The notes beneath the pieces were generated by a model that saw only the letters and a program-made list of their open reading frames with translations, was not told the DNA's origin and searched no databases. From the NCBI GenBank assembly GCA_963816355.1, contig CAWFKH010000001.1:320001-384000 (forward strand): a stretch of 64,000 nt of DNA, in the 5' to 3' direction. This DNA is from an uncultured Gemmatimonadales bacterium (GTDB taxonomy: Bacteria; Gemmatimonadota; Gemmatimonadetes; Longimicrobiales; RSA9). This document shows positions 29,785 through 38,633 of this stretch, in pieces (position 1 is the stretch's first letter; every line of letters begins with the position of its first letter). Made by a program: the position numbers and the translations under genes.

Positions 29785-29988
29785 CTATTGAGGGAAGCTC
29801 GGGCAGCATGGGTCGTTGCTGGAGCTTCCGCACCAAATTGGAGTGCATGTGTCGTTTCCGTCAGGCGAATAGTTGAACGTCCAACTTGCCGCGCTTACCG
29901 CGGTAGCGTGGACGAATTGGCCCCCTGCTGCAAACATAATGGCAGTCAACAGAACTGTACCAGTCATCATGACTTTCCTCATTGTCAT
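29785..29988 (-). CDS. Secreted Cys-rich microprotein 1 (4 Cys)
   Basis: GAGGAGG RBS and ATGA overlap (probable start 29982); signal-like N-terminus; core ...DTCTPIWCGSSSNDPCCPSFPQ. Confidence 0.75.
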   Translation of the reverse strand: MTMRKVMMTGTVLLTAIMFAAGGQFVHATAVSAASWTFNYSPDGNDTCTPIWCGSSSNDPCCPSFPQ

Positions 29989-30530
29989 TCCTCCTCGTCA
30001 TGTGTAGTGTGTGATCCCTGCGCTCCCGAGCCGGTCACGAAGGCATCGATCTGTCCTATGACACGGCGTGTTCCGTCGGAAATCGGCCGATCCGTCACGG
30101 CCCGCTGGCCAGACCACTCGGCGAGGACGGTATCGTGCACGATGAGGTACATGGCGGGAATGGTCGCCGTACGGAAGACACGCCCATAGTCATTGCTCGT
30201 CACGGGCACGATGGTGGCGGCGATTCTCTCGGTGGCAAGAAACGCCTTCAGTAGATCGGTCGGTGCGCCGTTCGGCATCACGACCAGGCGCAGGTCGGCG
30301 GCGAGCTTTCGCGTAAGGCGGCGCAATTCTGTCTTCGGGGCGACGCATGCGTAGCAGTCCTCGATCCGCACAGCCCACACGATGGTGTACTTCCGGTCAT
30401 TGGGGAGTTCCCACCCGAGTGGTATGGCGTGATTCACTGCGGATTCCGCGGATTCCGTGTCTGCGTGATCCGCCGGAAAGCAGGCCGACGATAGCCAGAT
30501 AGTGAGGCCTACATACGCAAGCTTTCGCAT
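29985..30530 (-). CDS. Thioredoxin-fold CxxC lipoprotein
   Basis: Lipobox-like LSSAC; beta-strand then DCYAC; later TIPAMY (cis-Pro-like). Confidence 0.65.
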   Translation of the reverse strand: MRKLAYVGLTIWLSSACFPADHADTESAESAVNHAIPLGWELPNDRKYTIVWAVRIEDCYACVAPKTELRRLTRKLAADLRLVVMPNGAPTDLLKAFLATERIAATIVPVTSNDYGRVFRTATIPAMYLIVHDTVLAEWSGQRAVTDRPISDGTRRVIGQIDAFVTGSGAQGSHTTHDEEE

Positions 30531-31570
30531 CGCACGAGTCGGTTGGGCGTCATGGCGGCCGGAGCCTGGAAGAAGGCAGTGCCGCTCTGGCGGTCGACGA
30601 GTAGAAGCTTAGGGGCGTCCGCGATCTCGAACTGCTTATGGCCGGAGAGGTCGACCCCGATCAGAGACCATTCGATCTGACCCCGACTGCGATTGGCGTA
30701 CTGAACGAGGAAGCCGCGCCCGGGGACGTACTGGACGTCTTCCATTTCGGAGAAAGAGGAGATCCAGCGGTCGAGCGCGGCCGTATGCCCCTGAGTCCTC
30801 GGCGGCGGTGACTTGGGCGGGCGAAAGCGCATGGCATGAAGTGGCGTCTTCCGTAAAGCCGTGCCCAAGCGCGAAAACTCGTACAGCGTGTCCGAGAGGG
30901 AGAAGACCGCTGCGGTGCGGTTCGGTGCGAGCGTGACTGCCGCCCATGCGAAAGAATTGAGCGGGAAGCGTAGCTTCGGGCTAACGGGCGGAACCGGAAA
31001 GAAGCTTCGCAAAATCGCCCCCGTGCGGCTATCTACGACGTGGAGCAAGTCGTCAGGCTTGCGGCCGACCACACGCCCGGCCATAAGGAGCGTCGAGTCC
31101 GAGAGCGCATCCCCTCCGTAGACGATCAGGCCGGGCACGTCGACGCTGTGCTCGAGTGAGTCGAGCGGAGTGTTGAACCACTTCAGGTTGCCTGCGAGCT
31201 CCGCTACCAGGACCTGTGACGTCCCACCGATCCAGCGTGCAATGGCAGGATTCTGGAATTCACGGGGTCCGTCTCCCTTGTGGCCGAACGTGTCGAGAAG
31301 CTTGCCGTCACGCGCGTACAGCCGAACTTGGCGCTCCTTCGGATCCATAACTAGGAGAGTGTCTCTGCCTGCCTGGGCCAATCGAGGCAATACGTTGATT
31401 GTGCTGTCGTTTTCCTCCAGCGCAATGCGACTCGCGTCGACGCAGAGCGAGTCGAACGTCATGTTTTCCAGCGGTGTTGCGTCTTTAGCTGCTCGCCCAT
31501 TGCAGCCCAAACCGGCAGCAGCGCTGAGCATTGCCGTAGCGAAGACGAACAGGAAGAAGCGGTCTGGCAC
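30509..31570 (-). CDS. 6-bladed beta-propeller lipoprotein (TolB-like/NHL)
   Basis: LGC lipobox; LLV.D.....V.LY..DG.LL..FG.KGDGP.EF..P; GAGGA RBS before GTG 31570 (track start 31627). Confidence 0.8.
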   Translation of the reverse strand: MPDRFFLFVFATAMLSAAAGLGCNGRAAKDATPLENMTFDSLCVDASRIALEENDSTINVLPRLAQAGRDTLLVMDPKERQVRLYARDGKLLDTFGHKGDGPREFQNPAIARWIGGTSQVLVAELAGNLKWFNTPLDSLEHSVDVPGLIVYGGDALSDSTLLMAGRVVGRKPDDLLHVVDSRTGAILRSFFPVPPVSPKLRFPLNSFAWAAVTLAPNRTAAVFSLSDTLYEFSRLGTALRKTPLHAMRFRPPKSPPPRTQGHTAALDRWISSFSEMEDVQYVPGRGFLVQYANRSRGQIEWSLIGVDLSGHKQFEIADAPKLLLVDRQSGTAFFQAPAAMTPNRLVRCESLRM

Positions 31571-31702
31571 TGGGGTCCTCGGGGGCAAAGATAACCACGC
31601 CAAGGAGACGACACGACGAAAGATCACGTTGAAAATGTCACGCGAGCCGCGGCGTGGCTACCCAGGATGTGGTACAAGTTACGCGCGATTTGGCACGAGG
31701 TA

Positions 31703-32518
31703 TCAACTCCGTCCCTGGCTGCTTGCGTGCTGTCCCAGCAGACGCAGCGCGGCACCGAGGGAAGCCGCCTTGATTCGGCCGAGTGGAAGTCCGGTGAGGC
31801 GCCCCGCCTGCCGGCCGAGGTCGTCTCCGCTGCGGTATCCGTAGCGGCGGGCGAGCCGCTCCCGTGTGAGCGGACCGTGGGACGCGGCGTAGGCGAGCGC
31901 GGCAGCGAGTCGGAGGCGGTCAAGGACCGGCTTCGGCCGTGTTTCCGTGTGCACGCGGAAGAGGCGTTGCAGGTCCTTGGCCGATGTCGCTCGCCCGGCC
32001 GCGCTGCATCGGCTCGCCCACTCGGCGACGGAGCGAGCGGGCGCGGGGCCGTCGAGGGCGTGTGCAAGGATCGAAGCGACGATCGGGCCCGCCTCGCCCA
32101 AGTGGGCGGCGATCGCGCATGCCACCCAGTACTGCCGCTCGAGGATCTCCCGGACGGCATCGCCGAGCCCGGTCATGGAAGTTTCATCCTCGGGTGCCGG
32201 GAGGATGCGTGAATACCCGGCGGCGCCGAGCTCCTCCATCAGCGTTGCAGATCCGGGGAGCGTGGCGGTTCGGACGATCACTGCGGGCTGCATGGCGCGT
32301 CGGCGCCATCTACGGAAATAGTCGATGTACCGCAGCGGGTCACGATCCAAGTGTGCTACGATGGCGGCGATCCGGCCTCCACGGGTCGCGAACTGAGCGC
32401 CCGTTGCCGGCGCATCTCTCCACGTGGTTGCCTCAGGGATGAGGCCGGCCGCAAGGAGATGGGCGGACAGCTCCGCCCTCCACGCGCGGTCGTCGCTGTG
32501 GATCCGCACGCACGCCAT
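31703..32518 (-). CDS. AraC-family regulator with degenerate receiver-like N-terminal domain
   Basis: C-terminal SV.EWA....S...LQRLF...P...L..LRL..A...T.E.LA...GY.S...L.R...R.TG double HTH; start uncertain. Confidence 0.7.
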   Translation of the reverse strand: MACVRIHSDDRAWRAELSAHLLAAGLIPEATTWRDAPATGAQFATRGGRIAAIVAHLDRDPLRYIDYFRRWRRRAMQPAVIVRTATLPGSATLMEELGAAGYSRILPAPEDETSMTGLGDAVREILERQYWVACAIAAHLGEAGPIVASILAHALDGPAPARSVAEWASRCSAAGRATSAKDLQRLFRVHTETRPKPVLDRLRLAAALAYAASHGPLTRERLARRYGYRSGDDLGRQAGRLTGLPLGRIKAASLGAALRLLGQHASSQGRS

Positions 32519-32593
32519 CGTCACAACGTACCTCTTGAAAACGGTTAGACCAGTCGATTCCGGTCGCCGGAGCGCTCGCGCCACGCATTGTAG

Positions 32594-32663
32594 CGCGGAA
32601 AAATCATCCAAAACTCATCTGAGAATTATTGACCCCGTAACATGTTGTGAGAAAGCGAGTTAC
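32594..32663. promoter_or_regulatory. Conserved ~70-bp non-coding element, copy A
   Basis: Shares blocks CGCGGAAAA, CTCATCTGA, TTAT, GYAAC, GTTGTGAG, TTAC with 38634-38704. Confidence 0.65.
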
Positions 32664-32699
32664 AGGACGCCTCCGGCAGCATGTGCGCGGCGGCCGTGA

Positions 32700-32890
32700 T
32701 GTGGAAAACTCGCCGGGGTCGGACGCGGGAGCGGTTGCGGGCAACCGCTCCGGGGAGGAGGAGGATGTCGGCCAGGGGTCGGTTCGTGCCGGCCCCCGTG
32801 ACGCCGCCGATCAGAGCCTGAGCAGCGGCCGCGGCGCTGTCAGGTCGCTGGGTTTGCGCCGGGCGCCTCGCGCGGCGAGAGCGGCGAGCG
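32700..32890 (-). pseudogene. Decayed 5' fragment of a paralogue of 28823..29698
   Basis: Encodes LIGGVTGAGTNRPLADILL versus VMGRVTEAGTDRALADVLV in the intact gene. Confidence 0.65.
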
Positions 32891-32914
32891 CTGGGCTGGG
32901 TCGGGAGGTTCGGG

Positions 32915-33300
32915 CGCGGTCGAAGTTGACCACGGATACGGGCACGGTCGTCGCGCGCAGCTTGCAGCGGTTCGTGGTCCGCTGGCGGATCACCATGACG
33001 GGCGCGGGTAACCCAGCGGCTCGACGCGCAGCAGGTGGTCGCCCGCGCGACGCCGCGGAAGAGGAAGGCGCCGTTCGCGCCGGTCGGTATCCCGCTCGAC
33101 GGGCCGGCGGAGTCGTGCCGGCGCCGAGGACGGCAGGGACATCGGCGAGGGGGCAGGTCCGTGCCCGCCTGGGTGATCCGGTCGGTCATGGCGTTGGGAG
33201 ATGCGGCGGTGTCGGTGCGCTGGGCGCGGACGTGGCCAGGCAGCGCCGCGATGAGAGGAATGCGACTACGGCCGAGATCACGACGGGCGCGGCGCGAATG
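32915..33300 (-). pseudogene. Decayed, internally deleted paralogue of 28823..29698
   Basis: Segments DRITQAGTD, GANGAFLF, GACGCGCAGCAGGTGGTCGCC (identical to 29432-29452) and NRCKLRATTVPVSVVNFD match the intact gene in different frames. Confidence 0.8.
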
Positions 33301-33466
33301 ACCCGCAGGCTATGCGGCGCGCGCGCGACCCGGGAGGATCTAGGGCGGATGTCGCGTGGCAGCCTCTCCCGCCGGGATCGCGTCCCTTCCATCGACGCGA
33401 GGCGCGGCCGTTCGCACGCCGTCGCTCGTCCCTATGTCCGCGTGAGCGGGTGACGCCCGGACGGGC

Positions 33467-36400
33467 TCAGCCGCCCGCGGGCGCCGGCCCCGGCACGATC
33501 TTCAGCGGCGGCAGGATCTCCAGCGGCGGCTGTCGTACGCGGTCGGGCAGCCTCGCCCACTGGTCGGCGACGAGGATCGCGTGTGCCGCCTCGATCGAAG
33601 CTTCGATAATCTCTCTCATGCCGGTGATCAGGGAGCGCGCCTCCCGGATCGCGTCACGCCGATCCGCGGAACCTGCCTCCAGAGCGCTCTGCACGACGGC
33701 GAGCGTGTCTGCGAGCGGCGAGATCCGGAGCTCGAAGCCGCGCGCGAGAATCAGCAGACGCTGGCGCTGCGCATCCGAGAGGTGGAGGCTGCGGGCAGAG
33801 TCCAGCGTGACCACCTGCGCCGGCACGTTCGGAATCGTGTGGGCCATCGCCCGCCTCAGCTCATCGGGCGAGCGCGCCCGTGTCATGGATCGTTGGACGA
33901 GGCGCTCGAGGGCCTGCCGGGCTGGATCCGCTCCGATGGCGAAGCGGCCCTCGAGGATCAGGGCGAAGGGGCGGGAGACGGATCCGGTGAGCGGTCGGCC
34001 GAAGTGTGGATTGACGGAGTAGACGAACGATCGATTCCGCCGATCGAAGCCGCGGATGCGCAGGAGCGTTGCGTCGGGTGCATCGCCCGAGCCGCCGATC
34101 CCGATCGACCGGTCCAACAGCGAGATGCCGTTCCGGGTGAAGAGGGAGATCCTGAGGCGACGATCGAGCGCGATGCGCCAGGGAGTGAGCGTGAGACGCA
34201 GGTCGAGTCCGGCGCTCCAGCGAGATCTGCAGGAGTTGCGGCGCGCGAGAGTGCCAATCTGTTGGAGGAGGCATCGTCGGACCGAAGAAGGAGCGGTCGA
34301 AAGCAAGGATCGCATCTCGTGCGCGAGTTGCGAGTCCGTCGCGGGGTTGAAGACGAAGGCAGGATCGTTGTCCACTCCGTCGCCGTTGGCGTCGCCGTCC
34401 ACGACCGGTGAGAAGGGTGCTCCTGAAGCCGCCTGGGCGAGGATTCCCACGGTCACGCCGCCCGGCAGCCGGCCAGAGACCCGGAGCTGCAGCTGATGCC
34501 GCCGTTCGAGATCGCTCGTTCCCCGGTCGGCGAGTGTCGCACGTCCGGCGAAGGCGGCGCTGCCGCCGGGCGCGGACAGCGTCCCTGCCTGGTCCACGGC
34601 ACGCTCATAGGTGTAGGAGGCGCTTGCAAAGAAGGGCTGAAAATCGAACGTGGCCGTCGCAGTGAGCTGAGCGACGGACGACGTTCCGTCCGAGCGCAGC
34701 TCGCGTACGATCCCCGTTCCCGGGAGCGAACGCGAAGCCGTGAGCGCCACGCCACCCGAAGCCGAGTCGATGGCGCTGGCCGGGACGAAGACCGGTCGAC
34801 CCGCCTCCGCCTCCAGCTCGAATTCGGGCGTGGAGCGCAGATTCGCGTCCGACGCCAGTGGCAGATGAGTTCCATGGAGGAAGGTCGCGTCCAGCCATGC
34901 TCCACCATGAGTGCCCAACAGGGCGGCCGGAGCCGGCGGCGCGATCGTGATCGCCACGCGCCAGTTGCGCGGGGGCGTGAAGCCCGGTGAAACGACGTTG
35001 ACATCGGCGAGCCGGCTGGTGAGAGAACCGGCGTCCCCCGGGCAGGCGTCCGGTGCTGACGCCGGGTCATGCACGTAAAGGTCCCACGTCGGCACCGGTG
35101 CGGCGGGTCCGACGCAGATCAATCGCTCGCCCCCGCCCGCGACCGCGTTCGCGAGCGCCACCGGATCGGGGCTGCCGACGAACTCACCGATGCCGCCGCG
35201 GAACGACCACGTTCCGAGCGCCAGCCGCCCACCCACTCTCGGGCTGAGATTCCAGCGACTGCCGGATCTGCCCGCCGTGGCCGTGGACGGGAGCGCCGGC
35301 GGCAGGTCGGCGGGGCTCCAGCGGCTACGTTCCGCTCGTACACCGTAGGTGACCGCAGCCGCTTGCCCGCTCCACGTCTCCCCCAGGAAGATCGCGCCGT
35401 ACGAGGTGCTTCCCTCACCGCTGGATGCGTCGAATGAACGCGCATACAGGGATGGTCTGCCCGCGGCGACGTCGTCCAGGTTCGCGAACGAGAAGGCGCC
35501 CAGCGGGTTCGCGGCCGATGAGGATCGGGCGTGGCCGAAATCCGCCTCCGCACCGGCGACGATCTCGTGGCGCGTGGAGATCGCGACCTTCAGCAGGTCC
35601 GACAGCTCCACGAGCGAGGTCGAGGCGCGCGACTCGAAGCCGCCGGCGCCGAACCGGACCGCGATGCTCCGCCCGAGCCCGGGATCGGCGACGAGGACGT
35701 CGCCAGTGACTCCCGGCTCTTCCGGCAATGTCCTATCCGAGCTCCACGTCGCGAAGGCTCGAGCCTCGTTGCGGGTTCGGGAGAAACGCGACATCACCGA
35801 CGCAAACACGCCCGCTCCTCGCTGGACCACGTCCAGCGCACTCGTCCGGCTGGCGGTCGGCCCCAGCCCGAGGCCGCCCAGGCGCACGTCGCGGCCGTCG
35901 AGCCGCAACGTCAGGGAGTGGTGTCGCGCGAAGTCGTAGTCGAGGCGAAGGAGGCCCGATGCCGCGTCGGAGCGGCTGTCGTCGACGCCCACGTGGGTCG
36001 GCGACGCACCGAAGTCCTGCAGGAGACCGAGCAGGCGGGCAGCGGCTGTCGGCGGCAGCCCGGCTGCCGACTGTGCCGCCGGCGGCGCGGTCTCGAGCGA
36101 GAAGGCGGGCGAGCTGCGCCGCGATAGGCTCGAGGCCGCATACCAGAACAGGCGCCCCCGCACCAGAGCGCCTCCGGCGCCGGCGGTGAGATAACCGAAC
36201 GTTGATTCCGGACGCTGCGCGGCCGTAGCTGACTGCAGCCAGGGCGCGGTCATGCGGGCTCGAACCGCCGCGCCGAACAGGTCCGTTCCGGAGAGCGTGT
36301 GGGCCTCGACCTGACCGCCGGAAAAAGCCCCGCGCGATACGTCGAACGTGTTGCTCACGACCGTCACGCTCGCCAGCGCTTCGGGTGGCAACGAGGTCGC

Positions 36401-37054
36401 TCCGTACACCGACCCGTCGAGCGCGAAACGGTTCTGAGACGGGTCCTGCGCCAGAAAGGATGGCCCCGCTCCCGTGAGTTGAACGCCGCTTTGAAGTGCT
36501 GAAAGCGCCGTGAGATCACCGGCCTCGATCGGATCGGATTCGGCGAACCAGGAGAGGCGCGTCTCCTCGCGACCGCCGGGCGTCCGCCGCATCGGCTCCT
36601 CGCGGTTCTGCCGCCTCGTCTCCACGACCACGCCCGAGATCTCGATCGCGCGCGGCTGCAACAGGATGTCGGAGACGCTGTGCACGCCCCCGGCGAGCCG
36701 CACGCTCCGGGTGAGGTAGCCGATGCGCTCGACGCGCACGACCCACGGCCCACCGCCTGCCAGCGTGGCGACGTACCTCCCGTCCGCATCCGTGATCGCG
36801 TGAGAGACGGCGGCCGCCGCAGCGGCGGTATCAGGAGAGGTGAACAGGACGTATGCGCCGGCTACGCCCTCGCCCGACTCGCGATCCAGCACGCGGCCCG
36901 AAACCGGCGGCGACTGCAGCGCGGTCTGGGGGCGGGCGGAAGCAGGTACGGTGGGGAGCAGGACGAGGGCGAGGGGGAGCGCGAGGTCGAACCAGGGCGC
37001 CACGCCACGCGCGCCTCGACGCGGTCCGTGCCTGGCGTGCGGGACCATTTGCAT
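33467..37054 (-). CDS. TonB-dependent-receptor-like (Oar-type) outer-membrane protein with N-terminal CarboxypepD_reg domain
   Basis: Signal peptide; G.V.D..SG..V.GA, TDADG.Y; N...LDG, NTFD.S.G.FSGG....T.SG; RLDY, SPRVG, SG.PF.P...GD.NGDG..ND, RNS.R..W. Confidence 0.85.
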   Translation of the reverse strand: MQMVPHARHGPRRGARGVAPWFDLALPLALVLLPTVPASARPQTALQSPPVSGRVLDRESGEGVAGAYVLFTSPDTAAAAAAVSHAITDADGRYVATLAGGGPWVVRVERIGYLTRSVRLAGGVHSVSDILLQPRAIEISGVVVETRRQNREEPMRRTPGGREETRLSWFAESDPIEAGDLTALSALQSGVQLTGAGPSFLAQDPSQNRFALDGSVYGATSLPPEALASVTVVSNTFDVSRGAFSGGQVEAHTLSGTDLFGAAVRARMTAPWLQSATAAQRPESTFGYLTAGAGGALVRGRLFWYAASSLSRRSSPAFSLETAPPAAQSAAGLPPTAAARLLGLLQDFGASPTHVGVDDSRSDAASGLLRLDYDFARHHSLTLRLDGRDVRLGGLGLGPTASRTSALDVVQRGAGVFASVMSRFSRTRNEARAFATWSSDRTLPEEPGVTGDVLVADPGLGRSIAVRFGAGGFESRASTSLVELSDLLKVAISTRHEIVAGAEADFGHARSSSAANPLGAFSFANLDDVAAGRPSLYARSFDASSGEGSTSYGAIFLGETWSGQAAAVTYGVRAERSRWSPADLPPALPSTATAGRSGSRWNLSPRVGGRLALGTWSFRGGIGEFVGSPDPVALANAVAGGGERLICVGPAAPVPTWDLYVHDPASAPDACPGDAGSLTSRLADVNVVSPGFTPPRNWRVAITIAPPAPAALLGTHGGAWLDATFLHGTHLPLASDANLRSTPEFELEAEAGRPVFVPASAIDSASGGVALTASRSLPGTGIVRELRSDGTSSVAQLTATATFDFQPFFASASYTYERAVDQAGTLSAPGGSAAFAGRATLADRGTSDLERRHQLQLRVSGRLPGGVTVGILAQAASGAPFSPVVDGDANGDGVDNDPAFVFNPATDSQLAHEMRSLLSTAPSSVRRCLLQQIGTLARRNSCRSRWSAGLDLRLTLTPWRIALDRRLRISLFTRNGISLLDRSIGIGGSGDAPDATLLRIRGFDRRNRSFVYSVNPHFGRPLTGSVSRPFALILEGRFAIGADPARQALERLVQRSMTRARSPDELRRAMAHTIPNVPAQVVTLDSARSLHLSDAQRQRLLILARGFELRISPLADTLAVVQSALEAGSADRRDAIREARSLITGMREIIEASIEAAHAILVADQWARLPDRVRQPPLEILPPLKIVPGPAPAGG

Positions 37055-37473
37055 CAGCGCGCCGGCGGCTTCCCTTCACCGGCGTAGAAGTAGACGAGCT
37101 CCCGCACCGTGCCGTGTGCGACGCGGATGACGTGACGCGTACCTGCGGAGTCCGCCGGGAAGAGGGCCGCGTTGCGGCCGTCCCGGCCGTCCACCGCGAG
37201 AATGGTGTCACCCACGACGAGCCCCACGCGTGCCGCCGGGGAATCCGCCTTCACGCCGGTAATGTACGGGTAGGTGTACTCGTTGTGCGGCCCGGGGTTC
37301 ATGGTAAGCGTAAATCCATAGCCAGGACCGCTTACCAGCGGCGAAAGGTGGCGCGGGACGACCACACGAGGAGGTGCATGTTCGCCGGCCGGGGATCCGG
37401 CCTGCGCTGTTGCTGGGCCCGTAAACAAAAAGGTGAGCGCCGCCGTCATCGCGACCGTCAAGCGAAGAGGCAT
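37054..37473 (-). CDS. Small secreted PDZ-domain protein
   Basis: Signal peptide; GYGF, ITGV..DSPAAR.GL..GD.ILAVDG; TGATG-coupled to the receptor gene. Confidence 0.8.
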   Translation of the reverse strand: MPLRLTVAMTAALTFLFTGPATAQAGSPAGEHAPPRVVVPRHLSPLVSGPGYGFTLTMNPGPHNEYTYPYITGVKADSPAARVGLVVGDTILAVDGRDGRNAALFPADSAGTRHVIRVAHGTVRELVYFYAGEGKPPAR

Positions 37474-37658
37474 TGCGAGCACACCTGAATGTCCATCCAG
37501 CGAAGCCATGTCGCCCTCTCGAACGCCTCGAAAGCCTTGAACGTTTCGCACCGTCATAGACGATGGAGGTGCGAACGACGATAAATTACAGATCATGGCG
37601 CCTCGCCCGAGAAACAACATCATCTTGGTGGAACCTGCGCCGCCCCCGCTATTCACTA

Positions 37659-37898
37659 CTATCCGTTACAGACAATCTGCAGCATTGTCACAGTTCCATC
37701 AGCGTTACAGCGATACGTCGGAGTTCCACTTTCTGCTCCTCGGTCTACGCATACGCCATCTGCAAATCCCTGCGCGTATGCATCCTGTTCCGCGGTGCAC
37801 GTTGCAAGTGCTTCAGCGACCGGGGGGCGAATGAACAACCCGCCCCCGAGTGCGACAGAGGCAAGCGCGGACAGACGCAGCATCGAACGGTGTAGCAT
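37659..37898 (-). CDS. Secreted Cys-rich microprotein 2 (4 Cys)
   Basis: AAGGAGG RBS; signal peptide ending AEA; mature LATCTAEQDAYAQGFADGVCVDRGAESGTPTYRCNADGTVTMLQIVCNG. Confidence 0.78.
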   Translation of the reverse strand: MLHRSMLRLSALASVALGGGLFIRPPVAEALATCTAEQDAYAQGFADGVCVDRGAESGTPTYRCNADGTVTMLQIVCNG

Positions 37899-38141
37899 AG
37901 GGCCTCCTTGAGGCTAAAGGTAACGGGGGACTGTGGCACTTGGCGATTGGGGGCGGCGCTTGCTGGTTCCCTGCGCAGGGCCGAACGCCGCTACACAAAT
38001 AGATCACGTGACCAGGGGTGTGACTACACAGGGAACGGCACATCCTACGTCGGAATTGGCGCAGTCCACGGCGTTGTCCATCCCGGCGGCCGCACCGCCA
38101 CGTCGCCCGTCCCCGCAATAGGGCCGAGAGGAAATCTTGCG

Positions 38142-38580
38142 AGGCTTGCCCGCGGCGAGATCGGCCAGGCTCGCGAACGAATAGGTGCCGAATGGGTTGC
38201 CGAACGAGGACGATCGCGCGTGGCCGAGGTCCAGCTCCGCACCGGCCCGAGCTCGTGGCGGGCGGAAACCGCGACCTTCAGCAAGTCCGACATCTCGGCG
38301 AGGGGGGTCGACGCGCGGGAGCTTGCCGCGCCAGCGCCGAGGCGGACGGGGACGATGCGGCCGCCGCCGGGACTCCCGGCGACGAGGACATCGCCCGCGA
38401 CTCCAAACCGTTCCGGCAATGTGCGATTGGAGCTCCACGCCGCGTACGCACGGATCTCGTTCCCGGCCCGGGAGAAGCGTGACATCACCGATGCGAACGC
38501 GCCGGCTTCCCGCTGGACCACGTCGAAGGCGCTTGCCCCCGTCGGCAGCGGCCCTAGGTTGCCCAGGCGCAGGTCCCGGC
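38142..38580 (-). pseudogene. Internal, frameshifted fragment of a paralogue of the 33467..37054 receptor
   Basis: Aligns by eye to ~35452-35895 (DVVQR.AG.FASVMSRFSR, SDLLKVA.S.RHE, GHARSSS..NP.G..SFA.L.D.AAG.P); 1-nt deletion near 38247. Confidence 0.88.
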
Positions 38581-38633
38581 TCGGGCGCGCAGCCACGAGG
38601 AATCGCCGCCGTCTCGCGCATTGCCGATCCTGA

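Noticed and set aside
31690..31706. TTGGCACG as a sigma-54 promoter
   Set aside because: No GC at -12 and it points away from the minus-strand operon.
29785..37898. Classical RiPP cluster (lanthipeptide, ranthipeptide, MNIO/bufferin)
   Set aside because: No radical SAM, LanB/C/M, YcaO, DUF692 or C39 transporter in the window; the peptides have Sec-like signals.
38004..38081. Third Cys peptide MDNAVDCANSDVGCAVPCVVTPLVT
   Set aside because: 25 aa, no RBS or signal peptide; overlaps the likely promoter of microprotein 2.
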